From: a virus
Taxonomy: Duplodnaviria; Caudoviricetes
Reading direction: 5' to 3' (one strand)
DNA length: 51,538 nucleotides
Virus record (IMG/VR): IMGVR_UViG_3300048571_000060
Coordinates: 1 to 51,538 of that record
Part shown: piece by piece, positions 17,767 to 27,927 of the stretch
Layout: each line of letters starts with the position of its first letter
Numbering within the stretch: the stretch's first letter is position 1
Notes under the pieces: model-generated
Database searches by the model: none
Told to the model about the DNA's origin: nothing
What the model saw: the letters and a program-made list of their open reading frames with translations, nothing else
Translations under genes and position numbers: made by a program

Positions 17767-18204
17767 ATGAAAACAGAAAACAAAGTATCAAGAGAGGTTG
17801 CAATTCAAGAAGTAACAGTCTTTTTGAAAAAATACAAATCAAAAGAGTTTAGCAGAGGAAAATTGACTGATGATGTGATTGAAGAAGATTACATTGATGT
17901 TATTGAAGCCATCGAAGAAGGCTTACTTGTTTTTGACGATAAAGGAAAACCAAAGTACACGTTAAGAAATCCACTTTATGCGACAGCAGAAGACAAGAGT
18001 TTAACTGTTACAGAAGTCACTTTTAGAGCCCGAATCAAGGAATCTGATAAAAATATGTTAATGGATAACCTAGACATCAAGAAACAGATGGGAACCTACA
18101 CGTTAAAATACATATCATTTATCACCCAATTAAGCATGACTGAAGTCAAAGAGCTTGAAAAGGATGATTTTGAAGTACTTAATCAAATCTGCTCGGTTTT
18201 TTAG
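17767..18204 (+). CDS. tail assembly chaperone
   Basis: Lies between tube and tape measure; ends in the slippery sequence G GTT TTT TAG. Confidence 0.75.
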   Translation: MKTENKVSREVAIQEVTVFLKKYKSKEFSRGKLTDDVIEEDYIDVIEAIEEGLLVFDDKGKPKYTLRNPLYATAEDKSLTVTEVTFRARIKESDKNMLMDNLDIKKQMGTYTLKYISFITQLSMTEVKELEKDDFEVLNQICSVF

Positions 18205-18371
18205 GTCGGTGGTCACTCGGTACTCATGACGCTGAAATCAAAAGCATCGTCAATGAGTACCATTGGTCACCAGAAATTATAGGAAATTTGTACTGCGATG
18301 ATTTAGATTATGAAGGATTGCTTTTTTGGTACAAAAACCTAGAAGAATTACACTCAAAAATACCCAAATAA
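18201..18371 (+). CDS. -1 frameshift extension of the tail assembly chaperone (P2 gpE'-like)
   Basis: Open -1 frame with no ATG: LGRWSLGTHDAEIKSIVNEYHWSPEIIGNLYCDDLDYEGLLFWYKNLEELHSKIPK*. HWSP..I..L resembles the gpE' motif. Confidence 0.75.
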   Translation, partial: LGRWSLGTHDAEIKSIVNEYHWSPEIIGNLYCDDLDYEGLLFWYKNLEELHSKIPK

Positions 18372-18382
18372 CAAAATAATAA

Positions 18383-20296
18383 ATGCCGGCATCAATTAAA
18401 ATACCAACTATATTTACAGCAGTAGACAAGTTTTCAGACATTGTTTCGAGAATGTCGAAAAATGTTAAAAAATTTGGTTCAGACGGCATTGGTGCGGTAA
18501 AAAGATTTGATAATACTATCACTTCTTCATTCAAAAGATTAAGCAATTTAAGTCAATTGGCATTGGGTCTTGGATTTGGCGCGATATTTATGTCCGCCAT
18601 TAACAACAATATAGCCTACGAGGACAGCCTCGCTTCAGTCGCCGCAGTGACTGGCGCCACCGGAAAAGATTTGGCCTTTTTAGAACAGCAGGCCATGAAA
18701 ACGGCTAAATCTCAAAAAATGCTTGGTGCTGATGTATTTAAAGCCTATGAATTAATTGCAAGTGCGAAGCCTGAATTATTAACCAATACAAAACTACTTG
18801 ACGAAGTTACCAACGCCGCTGTTACATTATCAAAAGCGGCAAGGATGGAACTTGGTCCAGCGTCAGACTCATTAACAACTTCATTAAATCAATTTGGACT
18901 TGGTGGTGAGAAAGCATTATCGGTGATTGATAACTTGGCGGCTGGTACCGTCTATGGTGCATCAAGCATTGTTCAAACATCAGATGCCTTGTCTAAATTT
19001 GGTACTATTGCCGCGGCCACAGGTACGAAAATAGATGAATCAATTGCTTTGATACAGTTAGTGTCGCCGTTTGAAAAAGGTGCTGAAGCTGGAACAAAAT
19101 TAAGAAACGTTTTATCAAATATGGCATCAGCCAAAATACTACCTCCTGACGCCATTAAAGCGATGGAAAAATATGGAGTTAGAACTTCAATCTTAACAAG
19201 CAAAACAGCAACTTTAGATGAAAAGTTGAAAGAAATGTCTAAAATTGGAAAAGACACTACGGCAGTGATTCAAGTTTTTGGAAAAGAAAATGCTGGTTTG
19301 GCTCAAGGACTTTTAAATAATGCTGACAAGTTTGATGAAATGCTTATAAACGTTAACAAATCAGGAGCCGCGATGGATATGGCTAAAACAAATACCAATA
19401 CATTTAAATTCGCACTTGACAGCATTAAAACTTCGTTTTTAAACACAACAACTGCAACTCAAAGCAACAACGCGACTCTAGATATGTTTAAATCACTTCT
19501 GTTTTCGGTTGGAGATAATATGGATACGATTGTCACCGTAGTTTTAAGCCTTGTCGCGGCGTATGTCTTGATGAAAGCAATTATTATCACGACAACCGCA
19601 TTGACTTGGGCTTATAATGTGGCTTTAGGGGTTTCAACAGCAGTGACGAACACAAATAATATGGCTTTGATTGGTAATGTGACGGCTCAAAATGCTTACA
19701 AAGTTGCTATGGCAATCAGCACCGCTGTTACTTGGTTAGCCACTTCAGCTTTTGGAGCTCTTGCAATCGCTATTTGGTCTGGTTTATGGCCTGTATTGGC
19801 AATCATAGCCGCAGTCGTGGCAATTGTCGCAATCTTCTTATATTGGGATGAAATTTGTGCTTGGTTTGGAGCACAATGGTCTAAATTTACTGGCTGGATT
19901 AGTGAGCTTTGGGGTAAAATTGTATCATTCTTTCAAGAATTTGATCTTAAATCATTTTTTATCGGTATTGGACAAGCCATAATAGAATGGATATTATTTC
20001 CTTTAAAAATGGTTCTTCGATTGGTTGCTTTGATACCTGGAAAAGTTGGAAAAGCGGCTCAGAGTGGTTTAGATAAATTAAACGAGATGACTGACTTGGA
20101 AGCAATGGTTGGTGATAAAAAAGCAGAAGTCCTACCAAGTACTGGTCAAGCAGGAAGCGAAGCGGTAATTAATTCAAAAACCCAAAACAATGTAGCTATA
20201 TCAATAAAAGATAAAGGTAAAAACGTTGAAAGCGTTGACCAAAAAGGTCAAAATAATATTCCTATATTTATGTCAAACACTCAAAACGCTTTTTAA
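18383..20296 (+). CDS. tail tape measure protein (TP901-like core)
   Basis: Ala-rich; 'GAEAGTKLRNVL', 'VFGKEN'; hydrophobic and Trp-periodic C-terminal half. Confidence 0.9.
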   Translation: MPASIKIPTIFTAVDKFSDIVSRMSKNVKKFGSDGIGAVKRFDNTITSSFKRLSNLSQLALGLGFGAIFMSAINNNIAYEDSLASVAAVTGATGKDLAFLEQQAMKTAKSQKMLGADVFKAYELIASAKPELLTNTKLLDEVTNAAVTLSKAARMELGPASDSLTTSLNQFGLGGEKALSVIDNLAAGTVYGASSIVQTSDALSKFGTIAAATGTKIDESIALIQLVSPFEKGAEAGTKLRNVLSNMASAKILPPDAIKAMEKYGVRTSILTSKTATLDEKLKEMSKIGKDTTAVIQVFGKENAGLAQGLLNNADKFDEMLINVNKSGAAMDMAKTNTNTFKFALDSIKTSFLNTTTATQSNNATLDMFKSLLFSVGDNMDTIVTVVLSLVAAYVLMKAIIITTTALTWAYNVALGVSTAVTNTNNMALIGNVTAQNAYKVAMAISTAVTWLATSAFGALAIAIWSGLWPVLAIIAAVVAIVAIFLYWDEICAWFGAQWSKFTGWISELWGKIVSFFQEFDLKSFFIGIGQAIIEWILFPLKMVLRLVALIPGKVGKAAQSGLDKLNEMTDLEAMVGDKKAEVLPSTGQAGSEAVINSKTQNNVAISIKDKGKNVESVDQKGQNNIPIFMSNTQNAF

Positions 20297-20297
20297 A

Positions 20298-20795
20298 ATG
20301 GCAATCACTAAAGACCTACATATTTACGAAAGTGGTAATGGCGGAGAAATGCTGTTATTGAACGGTGATTTAACAATGGCTGAAACTCTTTATCAAACCA
20401 TATACATTGCTTTATTTGGCGGAAATGTTGAACAATCTACATTGGGTAATGAAAATGAAAATGATGAAATAGTTAGTGTTGAGCGATTTGACTATTGGGC
20501 CAACGCTTTACTTTGGAAAGATTCAAAATCAAAACAATTTAATTCTGAAACCGAAAAAACGTTGCGAAACGTAACAACCAACAGTCTTGGAAGATTAAAG
20601 GTTAAAAGTGCCGTTGATAATGATTTGGTTTTCTTAAAAAAAATCGTCAACTTCGAATCTAATGTATTAATTTTAGGAGTTGATAAAATAAAAATTCAAA
20701 TTATAATTAACGAAATACAAAATCAATCTAACAGGATTTTTCAGTTTGTTTGGGATAACGCAAAACAGGAATTGATTTTAGACAAAACTATATAA
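20298..20795 (+). CDS. baseplate protein (Mu gp46-like); start MAITKD at 20298
   Basis: 'GDL....TLYQTIYIALFG', 'YWAN'; precedes baseplate J. Confidence 0.65.
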   Translation: MAITKDLHIYESGNGGEMLLLNGDLTMAETLYQTIYIALFGGNVEQSTLGNENENDEIVSVERFDYWANALLWKDSKSKQFNSETEKTLRNVTTNSLGRLKVKSAVDNDLVFLKKIVNFESNVLILGVDKIKIQIIINEIQNQSNRIFQFVWDNAKQELILDKTI

Positions 20796-20796
20796 A

Positions 20797-21972
20797 ATGG
20801 CTTACATACCAACTATTCTTGAAATATATCAAAACATTGCAAATGATTTGAAGAACAAATTGAATTTATCTGACGATGAGTTGAAAAAGGTTCTAGATGC
20901 TTTTGCGGCCGTCATAGCGGCTCAAGTAAAATTAAATTATTTGTTTTTAGCTGATATTCAAAACAATGTTTTTCCTGATACTGCTGATTCTGAATTAAAT
21001 GGTGGAACATTAAATCGCCACGGTCTAATACAGTTAAACAGATTGCAACTACCAGCAACAAATGGCGTTTTCACAATTAAAGTGAATTCAGTCGTTGGTA
21101 GTGTATTAAGAGCTGGTTTAACATTTAAGTCAAATGACGACAGTTTAAATCCTGGTAAAATATATATATTAGATGTTGAGCAAATTACAGCCAATGCAGA
21201 ACAGGAAATTGATGTTAGGTCTATTGATGGCGGAGTTGATTATGCTTTAAGAATTGGTGACGTCTTAACAATAACTGAACCAGTGATAGGTGTTGAGCAA
21301 ACTGTTGAAGTAACTACAATCGTTGAACAACCGTTAGCGGCTGAAAGCGAAGATGTTTACAGACAACGAATAATTGACAGTATTCAGCTTGAACCACAAG
21401 GCGGAGCAAAAACAGATTATAGACTTTGGGCTTCAGACGCTCAAGGTGTTAGAAATGTTTATCCGTATGTAAAAGATTTTGAAGCTGGAACGGTGCAGGT
21501 TTTTGTTGAAGCAACTGAAATAGACAGTACTGATGAACACGGAACACCAACGCCTGAAATTTTGCAAGAAGTTGAAGATGTTATTCGTTTTGACCCAGAT
21601 GAAACCAAACCAACATACGAAAGAGGTCGTTTGCCAATTCAAGCAGGATTGGAAGTTTTACCAATTGCCACAAATCCGGTTGATGTTACAATTACAGGGC
21701 TTGAAACTGATACAGTTGATATTCGTAATGCAATAGAATCTAATTTGAAAGAATATTTACTTCAAATTAGACCATTTGTAGCTGGTGGGGATTTGGCTCG
21801 AAACAAAAGTGACATCTTGTATTCTGCCAGACTTCAAGCAGTTGTTACAGACGTGATTTCATCATCGAACTTTTTTGTCGATTTTTCTATGCAGGTAAAT
21901 GGTAATGATTTGTCAAGTTATTTGTTTTCTAAAGAAAATATTCCATATTTAAGAAATTTAGTATTTAATTAG
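20797..21972 (+). CDS. baseplate J-like wedge protein (Mu gp47)
   Basis: 'FPDTAD', 'ESEDVYRQRI', 'PQGGAKTDYRLWA', 'GTVQVFV'. Confidence 0.9.
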   Translation: MAYIPTILEIYQNIANDLKNKLNLSDDELKKVLDAFAAVIAAQVKLNYLFLADIQNNVFPDTADSELNGGTLNRHGLIQLNRLQLPATNGVFTIKVNSVVGSVLRAGLTFKSNDDSLNPGKIYILDVEQITANAEQEIDVRSIDGGVDYALRIGDVLTITEPVIGVEQTVEVTTIVEQPLAAESEDVYRQRIIDSIQLEPQGGAKTDYRLWASDAQGVRNVYPYVKDFEAGTVQVFVEATEIDSTDEHGTPTPEILQEVEDVIRFDPDETKPTYERGRLPIQAGLEVLPIATNPVDVTITGLETDTVDIRNAIESNLKEYLLQIRPFVAGGDLARNKSDILYSARLQAVVTDVISSSNFFVDFSMQVNGNDLSSYLFSKENIPYLRNLVFN

Positions 21973-21973
21973 T

Positions 21974-22738
21974 ATGAGCGAAAAGACAGTACATAGTTTA
22001 GGAACGCCACACGGATTGAACACTCCGCACAAAAACCCATACGAAGTAAATCTTGATTTACAGAATTTGGGTATTTTGTCAAGTCAATTGTATCCAACGG
22101 GTAGAGCTTGGTATGGTCCTGAAAATGGAATTTTTGAAAACTTACACGCGGCAATTAATCTGTCTTTTGCCAGGTTAATTAAAGATTCTAGACTGTTTTT
22201 AGATTCTTTGTTTCCTGATAACCCAAATTTTACGTCAGCAGATGCAACTCTTTGGGAATATAGACTTGGGTTAATTACAAATGAAAGCCTCGATTTAGAA
22301 TTACGAAAATCAGCAATCAGAAGAAAACTTGGCCATCCAAACAATGTTAAAGCCAGACAAAGTGCTTTATTTATCGAACATCAGTTACAGTTAGCAGGTT
22401 TTGACGTTTACATTCATGAAAACACACAACCATATCAAACGCCTGGTGATATTATAGCTATTTCGTTGAATAGCGTTCAGCATGGCGAACCAACACAACA
22501 CGGAAGCGGAACACAACACGGAAGTGATGGGTATTCGGTTATTGCAAATAGTATAAGGGAAATTGAATCTTACGCTGTTGGCTCAGCAGATAATCTTTGG
22601 GCAACATTCTTTATCGGAGGACAGGTTTTAGGCGATATGGCGACAGTTCCTTACAACAGATTAAAAGAATTCAAGGAATTAGTAATTAAACTGAAGCCAG
22701 CTCACTTGGTGGCTTTTACATTTATAAATTATGTATAA
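21974..22738 (+). CDS. baseplate wedge protein (Mu gp48/YmfQ-like)
   Basis: 'LYPTGRAW', 'WEYRLGL', 'KLKPAHLVAFTFINY'. Confidence 0.8.
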   Translation: MSEKTVHSLGTPHGLNTPHKNPYEVNLDLQNLGILSSQLYPTGRAWYGPENGIFENLHAAINLSFARLIKDSRLFLDSLFPDNPNFTSADATLWEYRLGLITNESLDLELRKSAIRRKLGHPNNVKARQSALFIEHQLQLAGFDVYIHENTQPYQTPGDIIAISLNSVQHGEPTQHGSGTQHGSDGYSVIANSIREIESYAVGSADNLWATFFIGGQVLGDMATVPYNRLKEFKELVIKLKPAHLVAFTFINYV

Positions 22739-23793
22739 TGAGAAATAAAGGAACTTTAGTAAACATTGACAATTCAGATTTAGCCAAATATCCAGCTGGT
22801 AGAATCAAAAATCAAACCGGAGCCGGTGATGGAACTCCTGTAAATGAAGAGGTTTACGGTGATTTGCACGAGGCAAAAGACAAATTAATGCGTTTATATG
22901 GAATTGCTTATAATGGATTGCCTGATAATGAGACGAATGGATATCAATTAATTGACGCCTTGATTGCTTTGGCATCAAAAAATGATTTTATTGTAGGTCT
23001 TGGCGTCACCGGAGTTGTTTTGAACGTTGCTCTGAAACTTGGAAAACTAAAAGATAACGAAGCATTCATTTTAAAAGCAGGAGTTGATTTTGATGAATTA
23101 AATGTAACAATCAAAGGTTCTGATAACGTGACAAAACCAGTCACTGTTTTGGGTGAATTTAAAGTTGATGAATATGTAAGAATGATAAGTACTCCTGGCT
23201 CAATAGTCTTAATTAGAATGGTTGACTCGTTTAATCTTGATTTGATGGTTAATGAATTAGCTTACTTAAAAGCGGCCTCGATTCCTGAAGACATTGCCGG
23301 AGTGCTACTAACCAAAGCCTGTACACCTGGTTCAGCTTTGGCGGCCTTTGTGAATAGAGTAATTGGTGATGATTCAGATGATTTTTTAGCGACAGCAATT
23401 AGAAACGGATTGTATCCAAAAGAGCATTGGACAATTGTCAATGCCATTGGGGCAAATAAAGTTAGAAATATAGGAACTTTATCAAGTTGGAATGTTGAAG
23501 TTCCAATAGTTGGAGCTACTTTTCCGGTCACTGGCGATATCGCATCAGCAACCGTAACAGTAAAAAGTGACAATACGAACGTCATTAGAGTTGTGGTTAA
23601 CAACACGATGACTGATTTAGCTTATTATGTTAGAACTTTTATTGAAGGAAATAGTGGTGACATAAGAAATGATAACTCAGTTGGTTCATTAATCTTTAAA
23701 CCAATTAATGAAACGACATTTGACATTACTATGAGAGAATTTACAAGTCAGACGCAAAGTTTAAAAATCCATTTTGAAGTGGTTAAAATATAA
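22738..23793 (+). CDS. tail fibre protein 1
   Basis: Mu-type fibre attachment N-terminus 'YPAGRIKN....DGTPV'; follows the wedge genes. Confidence 0.7.
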   Translation: MRNKGTLVNIDNSDLAKYPAGRIKNQTGAGDGTPVNEEVYGDLHEAKDKLMRLYGIAYNGLPDNETNGYQLIDALIALASKNDFIVGLGVTGVVLNVALKLGKLKDNEAFILKAGVDFDELNVTIKGSDNVTKPVTVLGEFKVDEYVRMISTPGSIVLIRMVDSFNLDLMVNELAYLKAASIPEDIAGVLLTKACTPGSALAAFVNRVIGDDSDDFLATAIRNGLYPKEHWTIVNAIGANKVRNIGTLSSWNVEVPIVGATFPVTGDIASATVTVKSDNTNVIRVVVNNTMTDLAYYVRTFIEGNSGDIRNDNSVGSLIFKPINETTFDITMREFTSQTQSLKIHFEVVKI

Positions 23794-23799
23794 AAAGAA

Positions 23800-24972
23800 A
23801 TGAGAACAATTAAAGGACAAGGGTTTCCACAAGACGGTGATGACGTAAAATTTCCTGATGGACAAATTAGAAATGAAACAGTATCTGAATCAGGCACTCC
23901 GGTTGTTAGAGAATTGTATGGCGATATTGTCACAAATGTCTACAAAATTTTGCGTGATGCCGGAATTGAAGCTAACGAATTAGAGGATAGCGAAACGGCT
24001 GGATATCAACTTCTTGAGGCATTGAAAAAATTTGCCAATTCATTAAATGATATCAGACAGATTTTAACCGTAGATGATTTAGACATCACAGCAGTCTTTA
24101 ATTTTGATTCATTGCCTGATAATTACGTTTTTATAGGACAAATCACTGAAGATATTTTGGCTGGAGAAAACTATACGATAAAGGGTGCTGGTGATGATGA
24201 ATTTCCTTTAACATCTTCAGTCACTATTTTAGCGTCAAGCCTTGTTTTGGTGACTTTAAATGAAGATGGCTGTAGTATTACTCAATTAAACCAAGTTTCG
24301 ACGTTGGCTGACAAATATATCGCCATACCATTTGGAACGCCATTAAGTTTTAATGACTCAAAAAATTTATTATATTATTCAGACGGCGTTTTGTTCAATG
24401 ATAGTCCAATGTCATGGTTGATTGAAAACAGGATTCAAACCTTTGCAGGTACAACAGATGTTAAAATCTGCGATGTTATTTTTCACAAAAAACATCTAAT
24501 TTGCTTAACGAAAAACATAGATACTGAAGCATATCAAATCTATGCTTTTCATCAAGATGATTTTAATACCGTTGTAGGTACTCCAGACATTTTAATAACC
24601 AATGCTGGTGATAATGTACCATATATGTATTGTGATGGTCAATTTGTTTATTTTTCAAATTCAACTGATGAAGTGAATGATACTGAAGAAGATTGGTTTT
24701 TTGCAAAATTCTTATTTGACCCAGACAATTTTGAATTAAACTATTCAGGAAATTTTCAAATAGAAAATGGATTTGTAAAAACCACAAATGTATTTATCAC
24801 AGATGAAAAATTATTTACATTTATTTTAGGAGTTTTAACTCGATTTGAGTTTGGTGGTCTTTTGGCTAATGATAATTTAGGTTTTTTCAACACCATTAAC
24901 GGTGTTGTCTTTAAACTTAATGGCTCGACGTATTATAGTAATGGTGAAATTGGTGCGAAATGGCAATATTAA
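23800..24972 (+). CDS. tail fibre / receptor-binding protein 2
   Basis: N-terminus paralogous to the preceding ORF ('FPDGQIRN....GTPV..ELYGD', 'GYQLLEAL'); different beta-rich C-terminus. Confidence 0.65.
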   Translation: MRTIKGQGFPQDGDDVKFPDGQIRNETVSESGTPVVRELYGDIVTNVYKILRDAGIEANELEDSETAGYQLLEALKKFANSLNDIRQILTVDDLDITAVFNFDSLPDNYVFIGQITEDILAGENYTIKGAGDDEFPLTSSVTILASSLVLVTLNEDGCSITQLNQVSTLADKYIAIPFGTPLSFNDSKNLLYYSDGVLFNDSPMSWLIENRIQTFAGTTDVKICDVIFHKKHLICLTKNIDTEAYQIYAFHQDDFNTVVGTPDILITNAGDNVPYMYCDGQFVYFSNSTDEVNDTEEDWFFAKFLFDPDNFELNYSGNFQIENGFVKTTNVFITDEKLFTFILGVLTRFEFGGLLANDNLGFFNTINGVVFKLNGSTYYSNGEIGAKWQY

Positions 24973-25703
24973 ACGTCAACGACAGCGAAATGATTGGCTT
25001 AACTGCTAAATTAGAAAGATTGAATAAATCAGCCTTTCCGAACGCTGTTAGAAATACGTTGAATAAAGCTGGATTTGAAACAAAAAAGCAAATTCCAAAG
25101 TCAGCTGAAAAGGTTTTTACAACCAGGGACAAGACGTTTTTTAAACGCTTTTCAATTGTGAATAAAGCAAAAGGATTTGATGTCAATAAAATGATTGCAA
25201 CAGTCGGAATCAACGCAAATTTAAATCACGAATTGGCTGAAAACCTTGAAGCTCAAGAGTTTGGCGGTTTAGTAAGAGCCAAAAAACTTATTCCGCATGA
25301 TAAAGCGAGGGTTTCAGGCAGTCAATCTAAACGAATAGCGGCACAGAATAAAATGCCAAAGGTTCAAATCCACAATGCCACTACGGCCTTTAAAGCACAC
25401 AAAGGAACTCGTAAAAGCAAATTTATTGCCGCGGTTATGAGTACTGCGAAAAGTGGTAAAAAACATATGATGTTGAAAACCGGAACAATTGGTATGGTTT
25501 ACGAAGTTACATCAATCAACAAAGGCAGAGAGAAAGTTAGTTTTAAAATCAAAAAACTATACGCTGTTAGAGATAAAAAGAATCATCAAGTACGTGGCAG
25601 ACATTTTATGCTTGATGCGGCAACCGTTGCTTCAAAAGATATGGAAAAATATTATATTGAAAATGCACAATATCAATTTGACAAAGAACTAAAGAAAAAA
25701 TGA
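24960..25703 (+). CDS. basic tail completion / neck protein
   Basis: 'AVRNTLNKAGF' N-terminal helix and C-terminal 'RHFMLDA'. Confidence 0.5.
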   Translation: MAILNVNDSEMIGLTAKLERLNKSAFPNAVRNTLNKAGFETKKQIPKSAEKVFTTRDKTFFKRFSIVNKAKGFDVNKMIATVGINANLNHELAENLEAQEFGGLVRAKKLIPHDKARVSGSQSKRIAAQNKMPKVQIHNATTAFKAHKGTRKSKFIAAVMSTAKSGKKHMMLKTGTIGMVYEVTSINKGREKVSFKIKKLYAVRDKKNHQVRGRHFMLDAATVASKDMEKYYIENAQYQFDKELKKK

Positions 25704-26911
25704 GCTGGAAAGAAAGGTTAGAGAACATAAAATTTACGATTACCACAGGTGATGGCAAGTCGTTTTATCCGCTTTGGAAAGTTGCTGAAAAGGAACTTGA
25801 CTTTAACGTATCTAGATATGATTTTATAGATGTTGAAGGAAGTTTTGTTGATAGAAAAAAAGCTCAAGGCAGTAAATTTCCTTTGGTGTTTTATTTTCAA
25901 GGTGATGATAATATTGAACAATGCAACGACTTTGAAAAATCAACAAAAGACAACAGGCTTTGGACTATTGAGCATCCGTTTTATGGCACGTTAAAAGGTC
26001 AGCCAACAAACTTAAAACGAAACGATTCATTCTACAACGTGACTGAAATAGTTGTTGATTTTTGGGAAAGTCTTACTGATGATTTTCCAATGTCAAAAAC
26101 TTCTGTGAAAGATAATGTTCGCGCAAAAGTAACTTCAATAAATGAATTAACTGCAAGACAGATAGTTGAAAACACACAACCATCAACAAGTGATATTTCA
26201 GCACTTAAAAATCAAACCACTTTAACAGCGGCCAAATTTAAGCCTGACGCACTTTCTTTCAACGACTATGTTAATATTGTAAAAACAGGAATCAAAACCA
26301 CAGACGACTTGATTACTGATACGCAAACGTCAATTGAAAACCTGCAAAAAATTGTTTCGGCACCAGCTGATTTTTATACTTCAGTAAATGATAAAATAAA
26401 ATCATATAAAGATTCGTATTTGTTGATGAAAGCTTCAATCACAAGTTTGTTTGATAAGTACTTCTTTGAAGGACAGGCATCAAGTGTTATTTGCGGGATG
26501 TGTCTTGCCGCAGTTAATCCTGGTGATGATGAATACACTACAAGAAATGAAGTTGAAGCAGTGAGTGATTTGATAAATGAAATTTATGCTGATTACTTAA
26601 CCACTCTAGATGCCAACCAGGTTTCGATATACGATGTTGACAATACTTGGACGCCAAATATTAATATACAGTTAAGTCTAACCAACTTGGTTTCAGAAAC
26701 GTTAAATGGTTTATTTTCATTATCTTTCGACGCAAGACAGGAACGGATATATGAACTGCTTGATGACAGCAATTTAATCATTTTAACTCACAGATTTGTT
26801 GGCTTGGATGCTGATGACAAAAACATTGAAAATTTCAAAAAAATCAATGGAATTAAAAATGATGAAAATTTCATAATTAGAAAGGGCAGACAGATTAAAT
26901 ATTTTGTATAA
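25700..26911 (+). CDS. Mu gpN-like DNA circularisation / tail protein
   Basis: 'MSWKERL' start, 'IEHPFYG', LysM-like C-terminus. Confidence 0.75.
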   Translation: MSWKERLENIKFTITTGDGKSFYPLWKVAEKELDFNVSRYDFIDVEGSFVDRKKAQGSKFPLVFYFQGDDNIEQCNDFEKSTKDNRLWTIEHPFYGTLKGQPTNLKRNDSFYNVTEIVVDFWESLTDDFPMSKTSVKDNVRAKVTSINELTARQIVENTQPSTSDISALKNQTTLTAAKFKPDALSFNDYVNIVKTGIKTTDDLITDTQTSIENLQKIVSAPADFYTSVNDKIKSYKDSYLLMKASITSLFDKYFFEGQASSVICGMCLAAVNPGDDEYTTRNEVEAVSDLINEIYADYLTTLDANQVSIYDVDNTWTPNINIQLSLTNLVSETLNGLFSLSFDARQERIYELLDDSNLIILTHRFVGLDADDKNIENFKKINGIKNDENFIIRKGRQIKYFV

Positions 26912-27927
26912 TGAAGATAAAAATAGCTGGAGAATTTTATAGTTTTTTTGACAAAGTAATCATCAATGAAAAACTTGATTCGGTTGCTTCGTTATTTTCT
27001 TTTGATGCAAGATTTAATCCTGATAACGAACAGCATAAAAAAATCTTTAGACCGCTGTCATATTTGCCAGTCGAAATATATGACGACGCTGGTGCATTAC
27101 GTTTGACTGGCACTCTTGTAAATACTGCTTTAGGTAGCAACTCACAGAGGGATTTGCAAAATTTAAGTGGTTACAGCAAGGCCGGAGTTTTGGAAGACTG
27201 CTCAATACCTGTTTCGTCGTACCCGCTTGAAAGAATAAATGTTTCACTCACAGACATTGCTACTAGATTGTTGGCACCGTTTGGAATTTCGTTTATTGTC
27301 GAAAAATCAGCTGAAAGAAGCATGAAAGAAATCTATCCAAAAACTACGGCAGAACCCACTGATTCAGTCAAAGACTTTCTTTCAAAATTAGCTTCACAAA
27401 AAAATATCGTTTTAGGCCATACGGCGACTGGTAATCTACGTTTTTTTAAACCAGACATCCACGCAAAGTCTAAAGCATTTTTGACTGAGCAAAACACGAT
27501 AACCATGTCTTTGGGCATAAATGGCCAAGCTATGCACTCAAATATCTCAGTAATTAGACAGCCGTCAAAAGAAAACATATCATTATCAGCAGTAGATACA
27601 ATAACCAATCCAATGGTTTTAGCCAAACGAAGTATTGTAAAAACATTGTCGTCAGGCACTGAAACAGATACAAAAAACGCGGCTGATAATGTATTGGCAG
27701 ACGAGCTTAAAAATATCAGTATTGATGTTGAGTTAAGAAAATACATTGATGTTAGGTGTGGTGACATTGTTGATGTACACAACCACGAAATCTTTTTATT
27801 TAACAGGACTAGATTGATGGTTTCAGAATTAAATGTTTCGCAATCAAAAAATGAACAATCAATGAGTCTAAAATTAGTTTTGCCTGAAACATTTACAGGA
27901 CAAACACCAAAAAATATATTTGTATGA
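26911..27927 (+). CDS. baseplate hub protein (Mu gp44/gpP-like)
   Basis: 'GYSKAGVLEDCS', 'LLAPFGI', C-terminal 'LKLVLPETF'. Confidence 0.8.
   Translation: MKIKIAGEFYSFFDKVIINEKLDSVASLFSFDARFNPDNEQHKKIFRPLSYLPVEIYDDAGALRLTGTLVNTALGSNSQRDLQNLSGYSKAGVLEDCSIPVSSYPLERINVSLTDIATRLLAPFGISFIVEKSAERSMKEIYPKTTAEPTDSVKDFLSKLASQKNIVLGHTATGNLRFFKPDIHAKSKAFLTEQNTITMSLGINGQAMHSNISVIRQPSKENISLSAVDTITNPMVLAKRSIVKTLSSGTETDTKNAADNVLADELKNISIDVELRKYIDVRCGDIVDVHNHEIFLFNRTRLMVSELNVSQSKNEQSMSLKLVLPETFTGQTPKNIFV

Noticed and set aside
22738-24972. Diversity-generating retroelement or invertible tail-fibre switch
   Set aside because: No reverse transcriptase or invertase, and no template/variable repeat pair or flanking inverted repeats were noticed.
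2300-27782. Numerous - strand ORFs within the structural block and + strand ORFs within the early block
   Set aside because: They are antisense shadows of well-supported genes and show no motifs.
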